A stretch of DNA of 41,811 bases from a virus. Below the pieces are notes generated by a model. It saw only the letters and a list, made by a program, of their open reading frames with translations, made no database searches and was not told the DNA's origin. Numbering within the stretch: the first letter of the stretch is position 1; every line of letters begins with the position of its first letter. The position numbers and the translations under genes were made by a program. This document shows positions 8,548 to 16,485 of this stretch, in pieces. Location of the stretch: IMG/VR virus record IMGVR_UViG_3300029185_000006. One strand, given 5' to 3'.

Positions 8548-8916
8548 TCACCTCTGACACTCTTCTTTCCATTTGGAAACAATGCAATTATTGCATTGAA
8601 ACTCATTACAGTAATCGCATATATTTATATCGTCATTAAATGCAGCGGCAAATATCCTTTTGAAATTTGGAATATCAATAGCCCTTTCGGGCGCTAACAA
8701 TTCAAGAACCTTTTTCAAGTAACCTGTTGCGTTAAAATCACCGAAAATATCCGCTTTTCCAACCTGTTCCTTTGTTTCAGAATCGAGTACACCGACAATA
8801 ACGCAATTACCGCTATCATCACTCACAAATTTAGGCTCGGTCTGTTCAGTTACATTCCCATTATTGTCAACTATTCCACGACCTAAATAGAAATTGCCTT
8901 TTTCTAAAAATATCAT
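8548..8916 (-). CDS. Hypothetical protein with a C-terminal Cys cluster
   Basis: About 122 aa ending in CDYCNEFQCNNC. RBS GGTGAGGTGA. Confidence 0.6.
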   Translation of the reverse strand: MIFLEKGNFYLGRGIVDNNGNVTEQTEPKFVSDDSGNCVIVGVLDSETKEQVGKADIFGDFNATGYLKKVLELLAPERAIDIPNFKRIFAAAFNDDINICDYCNEFQCNNCIVSKWKEECQR

Positions 8917-8925
8917 CAAATCACC

Positions 8926-10599
8926 TCACCCTGCTGCTACTGCGTTAAATTCTTTCATATTGTCGCAAGATTTATCACACAGCCATTTACAATTTGCCAT
9001 AACAAGCGCTTTAGAAAACGGCGGCGGAACTGCGTTACCGCACCTTGCTACTTGCTTTGTCTTGTTATACTCCTTGCCGTTGCAATCCTTATCAATTATG
9101 TAATCGTCCGGGAAACCCTGCGCCTTGTATAATTCTTTTGGTTGTAGCATTCGCAAGCCTATGTCTGATATAAAATACTCAACTCCGTTAATGCAGAAAA
9201 TAAGCACCTGATTAGCCGATATATTCCAATCTGTGTAGGTGTTGAGCAACTCTCTTATCTCGTTCCAATGTCCGAGGTTTTCGCTGTCGTACTCTTTCAA
9301 GTAAACATCCGTCTTGGCAAAGTGATTTGCGTGAGCTGTTATGGTAGGAAGCGGCTCATTTAATGCCTTGCAATCCATATTTTTGCGGAGTATCGTCAAA
9401 TAGCTTTCACATAAGAAATGTCGGGGCTTGACGGTTACTGTTTGCAAAGGATTTAAAACGCTGTTAGCGTGGTCTGCACCGCCGTAATACTGAGTTAAAT
9501 ACGGCATAGTCAGCGAATTATGGTCTATTGCCGTCACGGTTGGTAATGGTTTATTAATTTTACTGCCGACAACACCGCCAAAGTATTTAGAAAGATACGG
9601 TGTAAAAAGAGCATATCTCGGAGTGCTATCAACGGTAAAAAGAGGCTGATTAACTCGCTGACCTCTCACTTCCGATTTAGCCGTTTCACTGTGATATTGA
9701 ATTAATGCAGGAGAAACAAGATATTGCTTGCAGCTGCTTACTATCGTTGTAAGCGGCTTGTCTATATCCTGTAGGCGTGGCTTTTGACCTTTTCGTTCAC
9801 CATATCCTATAGGAATGATAAACGGCTTTTCTTCATTAATCACAAATTTGTCAAGTCCTCTTGCAATTCGCCTTAAAGTATTAGTTACAAGCGGCTTTTT
9901 GCGCTCAAAAATGCTTTGAGCAGGCAAAGAAAAATCTATACAGTCGGCGGCGGTTTTCCATGGCTTAAGCTTGCCACTCTTAACTTCTTCGCTATTTGGG
10001 TCACCATGTGTAGGCTTCGGAAAAACTATAGGTTCACCGTCACACCTCGCTACAAGAAAGAATCGCTTTCTTATAGTCGGCGCACCATAGTCGCAAGCTC
10101 TCAACTCTCTATGCTCAATCTCATATCCGAGTGCCGAAAGTTGACTTTTCCAACGCTCAAAGGTTTGTCCTTGTTTAGACTTAACCGGCTTACCCTTACG
10201 CACAGGACCCCAAGTCTGAAACTCTTCTACATTTTCAAGGATAATAACCCTCGGTCTTACCGTTCCTGCCCATTTGAGTACAATCCACGCAAGTCCTCTT
10301 ATATTCTTATCTACAGGCTTACCGCCTTTTGCCTTGCTGAAATGCTTGCAGTCAGGCGAAAACCAAGCAAGTCCGACTTTATGACCTTGACAGATTTCCT
10401 TTGGGTCTATATCCCATACATTTTCCTGATAATGACGAGTATATGGATGATTTGCTTTGTGCATTGCAATAGCGTCCGGGTCGTGGTTAATAGCTATGTC
10501 AACAGGTCGCCCTGTTGCGAGTTCAATTCCGCAGGAAGCACCACCGCCGCCTGCAAAATTATCAATAATCAATTCGTCAAGGAAGTTTAGTTGTCTCAT
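8926..10599 (-). CDS. DNA (cytosine-5) methyltransferase with an expanded repeat-containing variable region
   Basis: Motif I DNFAGGGGAS, catalytic FSPDCKHFS, ILENVEEF, QGFPDDY and GNAVPPP. Five PLxT[VI]-type repeats lie between the ENV and QGFP motifs. Confidence 0.9.
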   Translation of the reverse strand: MRQLNFLDELIIDNFAGGGGASCGIELATGRPVDIAINHDPDAIAMHKANHPYTRHYQENVWDIDPKEICQGHKVGLAWFSPDCKHFSKAKGGKPVDKNIRGLAWIVLKWAGTVRPRVIILENVEEFQTWGPVRKGKPVKSKQGQTFERWKSQLSALGYEIEHRELRACDYGAPTIRKRFFLVARCDGEPIVFPKPTHGDPNSEEVKSGKLKPWKTAADCIDFSLPAQSIFERKKPLVTNTLRRIARGLDKFVINEEKPFIIPIGYGERKGQKPRLQDIDKPLTTIVSSCKQYLVSPALIQYHSETAKSEVRGQRVNQPLFTVDSTPRYALFTPYLSKYFGGVVGSKINKPLPTVTAIDHNSLTMPYLTQYYGGADHANSVLNPLQTVTVKPRHFLCESYLTILRKNMDCKALNEPLPTITAHANHFAKTDVYLKEYDSENLGHWNEIRELLNTYTDWNISANQVLIFCINGVEYFISDIGLRMLQPKELYKAQGFPDDYIIDKDCNGKEYNKTKQVARCGNAVPPPFSKALVMANCKWLCDKSCDNMKEFNAVAAG

Positions 10600-10747
10600 T
10601 ATCTTTCAACCTTTCTTTTAGTTCCTTTTCCGTTTCTTGGTGTATCAAGTTCATAATTGTAAGCGATGCGTTATCTTGGAGTAATTTCCAACACATACAC
10701 CCTAATACGATTATAAATACAGCAAGAATAATAACTATAATTCTCAT
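10577..10747 (-). CDS. Small single-pass membrane protein between the two methyltransferase genes
   Basis: ATG 10747 behind GAGGG. MRIIVIILAVFIIVLGCMCW is a TM segment followed by a charged tail. Confidence 0.45.
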   Translation of the reverse strand: MRIIVIILAVFIIVLGCMCWKLLQDNASLTIMNLIHQETEKELKERLKDNETTKLP

Positions 10748-10751
10748 ATTC

Positions 10752-11636
10752 TTAACCCTCAAAAGAAATCTGCGTTGATTCAGTAACAGCACCTTTGCAA
10801 TTTCTTACAGCTTGTTCAAACCAAGTAGTTTTCAGTTCAACACCTATTGCTCTTCTGCCTTTTTCAAGAGCCACATAAGCCTCCGAGCCTATGCCAAGAA
10901 ACGGTGTTAATACTGTTTCATTAGGATTGCTCCAAAGGTCAATAGCTCTGCGAATTACTGATAATTGCAGGGGGCATATATGTTTTTCATCTTTATCATC
11001 ACGGCATGATTTTGATTGAAGTGTGTCTGATGGGTTTATATCCATCCAAACAGGACTTGCGTATTTCTGCCATTCACTCACAGGGAATGTATCATTTGTA
11101 TGTGAAATAGGCTCAGGGTTATCACCGGGCTTACGCATCACCACCAAGTATTCAGATAAACCTTGCCTGCTCATCGCACTGTCCTTTTTGATTTGCTTAT
11201 GTAACAACCCAAGTGCCTTTGTTCTCTGCATTTGCACAACAGGGTCTTTCCAAATATTAACCTCGGAATGATAATAAAAACCTGCTTTTTGAAACAGCCT
11301 AATTAAATCACCCCTAAAATCTTGAAGTCCGATAAAACCGTCTCTGCCTTTTGTTGTCGGAAGTTGCATACAATGTACTGCCATAATTCTTCCCGGCATA
11401 AGTATTCTGTATAATTCGTCAACAATAAACTTAAACTGAGTGTAAAACTCTTCCAAGTCTTTGCAGTTGCCTAAATCTCTTTCGCTGTTGCTGTAAGTGT
11501 AAAGGCTTGCAAACGGCGGTGAATATATCATAAAATGTACGGAATTGCTCGGAATACCTTTTAAAACTACGGCGCTGTCACCGTTATAAAGCGCCATTCT
11601 GTCATCAACATATTGTTTTATGCACTTATCATCCAT
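10752..11636 (-). CDS. N4-cytosine/N6-adenine DNA methyltransferase (beta class)
   Basis: IYSPPFAS (SPPF catalytic motif) precedes TPFLGIGSE (AdoMet FxGxG). Overlaps the end of the SNF2 gene. Confidence 0.85.
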   Translation of the reverse strand: MDDKCIKQYVDDRMALYNGDSAVVLKGIPSNSVHFMIYSPPFASLYTYSNSERDLGNCKDLEEFYTQFKFIVDELYRILMPGRIMAVHCMQLPTTKGRDGFIGLQDFRGDLIRLFQKAGFYYHSEVNIWKDPVVQMQRTKALGLLHKQIKKDSAMSRQGLSEYLVVMRKPGDNPEPISHTNDTFPVSEWQKYASPVWMDINPSDTLQSKSCRDDKDEKHICPLQLSVIRRAIDLWSNPNETVLTPFLGIGSEAYVALEKGRRAIGVELKTTWFEQAVRNCKGAVTESTQISFEG

Positions 11637-13012
11637 TGCGGAACACTCATCCTTTCTGTTGCTATATAGCTTTCTGTCATTTTTGTTGCATTGTTAATTT
11701 CTGCTATTAAAATATCTTTTGTCCTCTCCGACAGTTCATTCATAAACTTAGTCGCTTGCATTTGTTTACGCTCAATATTATCTTTAACCGCACCCTCAGC
11801 TTTACTTGCTATCAAATAAGCATCAACAGGCTTTGTTTGACCGAAGCGCCAACACCTACGAATTGCCTGATAATACTTTTCAAAACTATCTGATAAGCCT
11901 ACGAATATTTCCTTATTGCAGTTTTGCCAATTCATACCGTAACCGCATATAGACGGCTTAGAAACAAGAACACGAATATCACCGTTTGCAAAACCGAGCA
12001 TTGCATCAACCTTATGCTTATCGCTGTCAGAGCCTTTAACCTCAACAGCTCCGTTGATATTTTTCTTTAATAACTCGCTTTCGGCGTTATAATCACACCA
12101 TACAAGTACCTGTTCATCGGTTGAATTAGCAAGCTCGCAAGCCGCCTTAACTCTTTCATTTAGACTGTCTTTTCTTGCTTGACTTCTCTGCTGTAATGTC
12201 TGCGTGGTTGACGGAAATAAGAGCATTTGTCCGCCGTCATCTTCAATTTCGGCATCAACGGTTACCTGATGCACAATAAGCTGAGGCAAAGAATACCTTT
12301 CGTCATAAAAACCTAATACATTAGGATTTGGCACTACTGCCGCCCACGATGCTATCCAATCCCAAAACTTCTCGACAGCATGACCTTTAAGTCGCCATTT
12401 TGAAGTATCGCCGCCATCGTGAACAAAGAATGTTGCAAGCATTTCAAAATATCCCATAATGCCTAAAAACTCGCTGTGATTGCCAAGTTCCATATAGTCA
12501 TTAGGTGCAGGCGTTGCAGACCAACAGGAGCGAAACGGTGTATATTTAAACTCGTCAATTAACTGTGTTCTCACTTTTCCGATGCTATTCTTTAATATTG
12601 AGCTTTCGTCAAGCGCAACGCTGCCGAATGATTTGCAATCAAAATTATGTAATTTTTCATAATTTGTAATATTGACTGCGGTATTTTTTATATCGGCTTG
12701 AAATTCGCATATATTTACTTCAACGCCGAATTTCTCACCTTGCAGTTTTGTTTGTTCAGCAACCGCAAGCGGTGCAAGAATAATTGAGGGCTTATTACTG
12801 TACTTTCTTGTTTCGTCAGCCCATACAAGCTGTTGAATAGTTTTACCAAGTCCGCAATCCTCAAAGAAAGCACATTTACCTTTCTTTAACCCCCACTTAA
12901 CAAGCATTTTTTGCCACTCAAACATATTGCTGTTAAGTTCATCAATATTTATATCAAATCCTGCATTTACAGCCTTTAACTGCTTAGATGCAATAAATTC
13001 TTGATAATTCAT
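11618..13012 (-). CDS. SNF2/Rad54-family helicase
   Basis: DCGLGKT (motif I), LDESS (II), SATPAPND (III) and QAIRRCWRFGQ (VI). No obvious SD before the ATG. Confidence 0.85.
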   Translation of the reverse strand: MNYQEFIASKQLKAVNAGFDINIDELNSNMFEWQKMLVKWGLKKGKCAFFEDCGLGKTIQQLVWADETRKYSNKPSIILAPLAVAEQTKLQGEKFGVEVNICEFQADIKNTAVNITNYEKLHNFDCKSFGSVALDESSILKNSIGKVRTQLIDEFKYTPFRSCWSATPAPNDYMELGNHSEFLGIMGYFEMLATFFVHDGGDTSKWRLKGHAVEKFWDWIASWAAVVPNPNVLGFYDERYSLPQLIVHQVTVDAEIEDDGGQMLLFPSTTQTLQQRSQARKDSLNERVKAACELANSTDEQVLVWCDYNAESELLKKNINGAVEVKGSDSDKHKVDAMLGFANGDIRVLVSKPSICGYGMNWQNCNKEIFVGLSDSFEKYYQAIRRCWRFGQTKPVDAYLIASKAEGAVKDNIERKQMQATKFMNELSERTKDILIAEINNATKMTESYIATERMSVPQWMISA

Positions 13013-13202
13013 AATAATTGCCCGATGTGTGTCGGTCTGATATGTAGAGGTGGAAAGTCAACGCCTACTACACACATTGACTTTTTTATACAAAAAATTA
13101 ATTTGGATATCAGTATTAACGGAAAATAGTTGCTCGAGGTATTCCTCTACTACAAAAACCACGTTCATAAAAGAGCCGACACCACATCGCTTTTACCTTT
13201 CT
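13013..13202. other. 190-bp non-coding island with nested long-range inverted repeats around an AT-rich centre
   Basis: Outer arms 13023-13035 / 13176-13189 form 13 bp with 1 bulge. Inner arms are gtagagg 13044-13050 / cctctac 13144-13150. Central pair is aaagtcaa 13054-13061 / ttgacttt 13077-13084. Confidence 0.6.
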
Positions 13203-13613
13203 TTAAATTTCCTGAATGTAAACGCATACAAACGGCTCGCCATCTGTGTAGTATTTTCCACAGCTGCACATAACTATTTGCTTATCATCGTTATAGGCAA
13301 CACCATTTAAAGCATCAGCGATAATTTTTATAATGTTGTCAGCATCAGGCTTTTTTGTCGCATAGATTTTGTTTTTCACCATCAGTTCACGATTTTTTCT
13401 GCTTGTCCTTTTTGGAATACTGAAAAAGGCATTTATATCAAGATAAATCGGCTTATCTCCGAATGTTTTGCCTTTGGCTTCATTTTGATAACTTAAAGCA
13501 ACAAGCTTTTCGTATTCAGCCGTTGACTGAGGTGTATATGTATGAGTTTTTGTAACTCTCGGTCGAGCCTTTCCTTTAGGCTCACCGTCAATAAAAAATT
13601 GAATACTGTTCAT
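13203..13613 (-). CDS. rusA: RusA-family Holliday junction resolvase
   Basis: FIDGEPKGKARPR...DADNIIKIIADALNGVAYNDDKQIV is the typical RusA signature. Confidence 0.85.
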   Translation of the reverse strand: MNSIQFFIDGEPKGKARPRVTKTHTYTPQSTAEYEKLVALSYQNEAKGKTFGDKPIYLDINAFFSIPKRTSRKNRELMVKNKIYATKKPDADNIIKIIADALNGVAYNDDKQIVMCSCGKYYTDGEPFVCVYIQEI

Positions 13614-13626
13614 TTACTTTTTCCTT

Positions 13627-14307
13627 TCAATTAAAAATTTCCGGGTCTTTGACATTGCCGTCCTTAATCGCCCATTGCAAAATAGTTTTAAACGGTTCTT
13701 TGCATTCGGAGTATCGTTCTATTTTCTTGCAATACTCATTAAGTGCACAAGGACTGATAAGCGAGTATAGCTTATCGTATTCAGCAATGGTTAATATTGT
13801 ACCGGGATAATATTCGGTCATTTCTTCTTCGTCATATTGCGACCAATCAAAGCTCGATTTTTCGCAAGTAAGTAAGTTAGTAAATATATCATTATTACAT
13901 TCTTTCATTATTACATTCTTGTTTGTTGTTATTTGTTTGTTATTTGTTTGTTGACTGTTTGCTAATTGATTGTTAGATTGAATATCACTAACGCTTGTAA
14001 AGTCTTGATAAACCGTGTAATTAAGCACTATTATCAATGTATTTTTGTTTGTTGATTGTTTGTTGATTTCGCCTGTTTTTTCTAAATGTTTTAAAGCCGT
14101 TCTAACTTGCTGTGTAGACAGTCCGTTTCTACTTGCTATTGATGCAACAGAAGTAACGAGAGAGCCTCTTTTTATAACCTGTCCGTGCCAACAGTTATCT
14201 TGATGATTTGCATTTAATAACAGGTCGATAAAAACTTTAAAAACAACAGGATTGTCATACCATTCCCAATCAGCCAACTTACGATATAATTTAATCCAAC
14301 CCTCCAT
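13627..14307 (-). CDS. Putative replication initiator / origin-binding winged-helix protein
   Basis: N-terminal WIKLYRKL...GLSTQQVRTALKHLEKTGEI winged helix. Q/N/T-rich linker encoded by iteron-like repeats. Located between RusA and SSB. Confidence 0.6.
   Translation of the reverse strand: MEGWIKLYRKLADWEWYDNPVVFKVFIDLLLNANHQDNCWHGQVIKRGSLVTSVASIASRNGLSTQQVRTALKHLEKTGEINKQSTNKNTLIIVLNYTVYQDFTSVSDIQSNNQLANSQQTNNKQITTNKNVIMKECNNDIFTNLLTCEKSSFDWSQYDEEEMTEYYPGTILTIAEYDKLYSLISPCALNEYCKKIERYSECKEPFKTILQWAIKDGNVKDPEIFN
13919..13984. repeat. Iteron-like array: about six tandem 11-bp units, consensus TAtTTGtTTGT
   Basis: Units ttgtttgttgt/tatttgtttgt/tatttgtttgt/tgactgtttgc/taattgattgt/tagattgaata read directly. 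Units 2 and 3 are identical. Confidence 0.7.
14045..14066. repeat. Second iteron pair: perfect tandem duplication of ttgtttgttga
   Basis: 14045-14055 equals 14056-14066. Same core as the 13919 array, about 60 bp away. Confidence 0.7.
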
Positions 14308-14311
14308 AACA

Positions 14312-14536
14312 TCAACTTTCTTTCATGTAATAACGCTTATACCTACAATGCTCTCCAAAGCGATTTATGCCGTTTTCCCATTCATCCGATATAGGATAGC
14401 CTTTTTCTCTCAATTCGCTTATACGCTTGCGTGGGTCGCCTATTCCAAGGTGTTCCTGAGCCTCTTTGACCGTTATGCTTCCGTATTCTTCAATATAACC
14501 AATAATTCTGTTTTTTTGCTTTGCTATTCTGCTCAT
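14312..14536 (-). CDS. Small winged-helix DNA-binding protein
   Basis: MSRIAKQKNRIIGYIEEYGSITVKEAQEHLGIGDPRKRISELREKG. ATG 14536 behind GAGAGGTGA. Confidence 0.55.
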   Translation of the reverse strand: MSRIAKQKNRIIGYIEEYGSITVKEAQEHLGIGDPRKRISELREKGYPISDEWENGINRFGEHCRYKRYYMKES

Positions 14537-14547
14537 ATTTTCACCTC

Positions 14548-14979
14548 TCAAAACGGTAAATCGTCGTCATCATCGACAATTTCTTCAAAGTCCGAACTGT
14601 CAGCTGTTGCATAAGTCTGCGGTGGTTGTGAAAACGCAGGATTTGTGCCTTGACTATCAGCCTTAGAACCACAGAAAGAAACTTGATTAGCAACAACTTC
14701 TACGGATTTTCTCTTGTTGCCGTCACGGTCTGTAAAATTATTTGTTTGTATAGAGCCCTCGACAGCAATCATTGAGCCTTTATGAAAATATCTGCTGACA
14801 AATTCAGCCGTCTGTCGCCAAGCAACTACGTCAATAAAATCTGCCTGTCTGTCTTGTCCTTGTGGCTGATAATTTCTGTCAACAGCCATTTGGAAACGGA
14901 TAACCGAAATGCCGCTTTGACTTGATTTCAATTCAGGTTCGTATGTTAATCTGCCCATAAGGACAACGGAGTTAATCAT
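14548..14979 (-). CDS. ssb: Single-stranded DNA-binding protein
   Basis: OB-fold N-terminus MINSVVLMGRLT... and the canonical acidic tail DDDDDLPF. ATGA overlap with the upstream gene. Confidence 0.95.
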   Translation of the reverse strand: MINSVVLMGRLTYEPELKSSQSGISVIRFQMAVDRNYQPQGQDRQADFIDVVAWRQTAEFVSRYFHKGSMIAVEGSIQTNNFTDRDGNKRKSVEVVANQVSFCGSKADSQGTNPAFSQPPQTYATADSSDFEEIVDDDDDLPF

Positions 14980-15632
14980 TTGTATTTCACCTTCCAAATC
15001 TTACATAAATATTCATCAAGCTTGATACCGAAAACCTTGTATTTCTCGTCAAAAGACTTTTGCCCTATTCTATGTGCCTCGGCGTGTAAATCCCACCTTA
15101 ACGGCATTACACGCATACCGAGATGAATAATATCTTTTCTGTTTCTGCCCATGCCTACTGCATCCACATGATGAAGTTGCACCTTTGCTTTTTCGCCTGT
15201 AATACAGCAAGTCTTATTTGCAAGACAGCAGTAAATATACCTTGATATATCAGGGCTTCGCTCAATTAAGTTGTCTTTAGTCGGTATTCCCTCTTCAATG
15301 CAAAATTCGATAAGATATTCAAGAAAATCTCTCGCAACCGTCATTGAGCAATCAGAGAGTGAAAATTCTTTTTGCCCAGTTAAAGCAATATATGAATATT
15401 TCATAACCTGCTTTGTTTCATCAGGTGTATATCCTGTGTACTTTGCTATATCGTTAAAGGTTGCATAAATATGTTTACGCTGTAATGCCGATATGCTCCG
15501 TCCGTCATCAATACGGACAGAACATTCGGTTATTTGTCTTTTGTCGAGTAAGTAGGTCTTTTCAAACGGAACAATCAAGCTAAAGCTTTCATTTTCAACA
15601 ATATCGGTGACATATCCGACTGCCTCATCCAT
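14976..15632 (-). CDS. Phage HNH-like nuclease (HNHc_6-type)
   Basis: CCITGEKAKVQLHHVDAVGMGRNR...HLGMRVMPLRWDLHAEAH pattern. Located next to RecT and SSB. Confidence 0.6.
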   Translation of the reverse strand: MDEAVGYVTDIVENESFSLIVPFEKTYLLDKRQITECSVRIDDGRSISALQRKHIYATFNDIAKYTGYTPDETKQVMKYSYIALTGQKEFSLSDCSMTVARDFLEYLIEFCIEEGIPTKDNLIERSPDISRYIYCCLANKTCCITGEKAKVQLHHVDAVGMGRNRKDIIHLGMRVMPLRWDLHAEAHRIGQKSFDEKYKVFGIKLDEYLCKIWKVKYK

Positions 15633-15640
15633 AATGTCAC

Positions 15641-16483
15641 CTATGCGAGTGGGTCGTTTTCAATGTCGGCATTGCTTTCAACAACTGTTGTATCGTTCTC
15701 GCTCGGCGTTTCAACATTGCTTGGTGAAGAATTATCTTCTTCGTAGTCGCTGTCGATATAATCAACTGTACCGTCCTCATTAACAACAGCCATATCGCTG
15801 TCAAGTGCCTTTTGCATTTCAATGCTCATAATGCCCCACTTACTTATAAGCTGACGAAGCATAGTCTTTCTCGCCATGGCATCAAAGTCTTTTTCCCAAA
15901 AGGTATAGCCTGACTTTTTGCGATAACCCTTAGAATATTTAAGAGCAAAAGCCTCCATTTTGTTTCTGCTCCAATACATTGACTTGATAAAGCCGTTATG
16001 ATAGCGAAACATTGCGTAGTAGCCGATTGTAGGGGTATTTTCCCTCTCTTCCTCGTCAGTTATAAGTGACACTTTAATTTCTTCATCAAGAGGGTTGTAG
16101 GACATGAGTTCGCCCTCTTTGATTTCAACTACATTAAGCCTTTCATAATAGCCCGAACGAATGGCAAGCTGAATATAACCTTTATATCCGAGTTGGAACT
16201 GCGCAATTTTACCGTTCTTAGTATCGTAAGGAACAAGATAATATTGACCGAGCTGAGGACTTGGCGAAAGGTTAAGTGTTTCGCCAAGCAAAGCAGCTGT
16301 GATAATTGAATTAGCATCACATTCCTGTAATGCAGGATTTATTGCAACAGCCGAAGAGATTGCCGCAATAAACCTTTCTGCCTTTTTAGGGTTGCCGAGA
16401 GTATTGTTGATAAGTGCCTTATATTTATCTTCCTGAATAGCTACGCTAAACTTTTTCTTTGTCTTAACAAGTGAATTTGCCAT
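15641..16483 (-). CDS. recT: RecT-family single-strand annealing recombinase
   Basis: N-terminal similarity to RecT (ALQECDANSIITAALLGETLNLSPSPQLGQYYLVPY). Paired with a YqaJ exonuclease. Confidence 0.9.
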   Translation of the reverse strand: MANSLVKTKKKFSVAIQEDKYKALINNTLGNPKKAERFIAAISSAVAINPALQECDANSIITAALLGETLNLSPSPQLGQYYLVPYDTKNGKIAQFQLGYKGYIQLAIRSGYYERLNVVEIKEGELMSYNPLDEEIKVSLITDEEERENTPTIGYYAMFRYHNGFIKSMYWSRNKMEAFALKYSKGYRKKSGYTFWEKDFDAMARKTMLRQLISKWGIMSIEMQKALDSDMAVVNEDGTVDYIDSDYEEDNSSPSNVETPSENDTTVVESNADIENDPLA

Positions 16484-16485
16484 TA

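Noticed and set aside
9916-10590. 224-aa plus-strand ORF antisense to the C5-methyltransferase. Similar long antisense ORFs occur at 16471-16992, 29662-30150 and 4944-5270.
   Set aside because: These ORFs (arithmetic checked for 9916-10590 and 16471-16992) are codon-aligned with the sense genes, so antisense stops would need sense TTA, CTA or TCA codons. These genes mostly use CTT, TTG and CTC for Leu. The products are low-complexity and Leu/Phe/Ile-rich, and there is no RBS. They are treated as artefacts of codon usage.
8926-13012. A DISARM- or BREX-like defence system, suggested by the SNF2 helicase plus methyltransferases.
   Set aside because: The partner genes are absent (DrmA/DrmB/DrmC, or PglZ/BrxC-type). 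The genes sit inside a phage early operon, so a phage self-methylation or anti-restriction role is more parsimonious.
13018-13084. Plus-strand promoter-like string TTGCCC-17 nt-TGaTATGTA followed by an AT-rich hairpin plus T-run. This would be a fourth mini transcription unit.
   Set aside because: The -35 and -10 are much weaker than in the other units. The implied RNA would be only about 35 nt, and the 8-bp stem has only two G-C pairs (otherwise A-T) with a 15-nt loop. It is mentioned under the 13013-13202 finding but not called as a feature.
13013-13202. Retron-like msr/msd, suggested by flanking inverted repeats around a structured non-coding region.
   Set aside because: No reverse transcriptase gene is present anywhere in the window. 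The adjacent gene is an SNF2 helicase.
13919-14066. Short tandem repeats that might be mistaken for a CRISPR array.
   Set aside because: The units are 11 bp, contiguous with no spacers, and lie inside a coding linker. No cas genes are present. They are interpreted as replication iterons.
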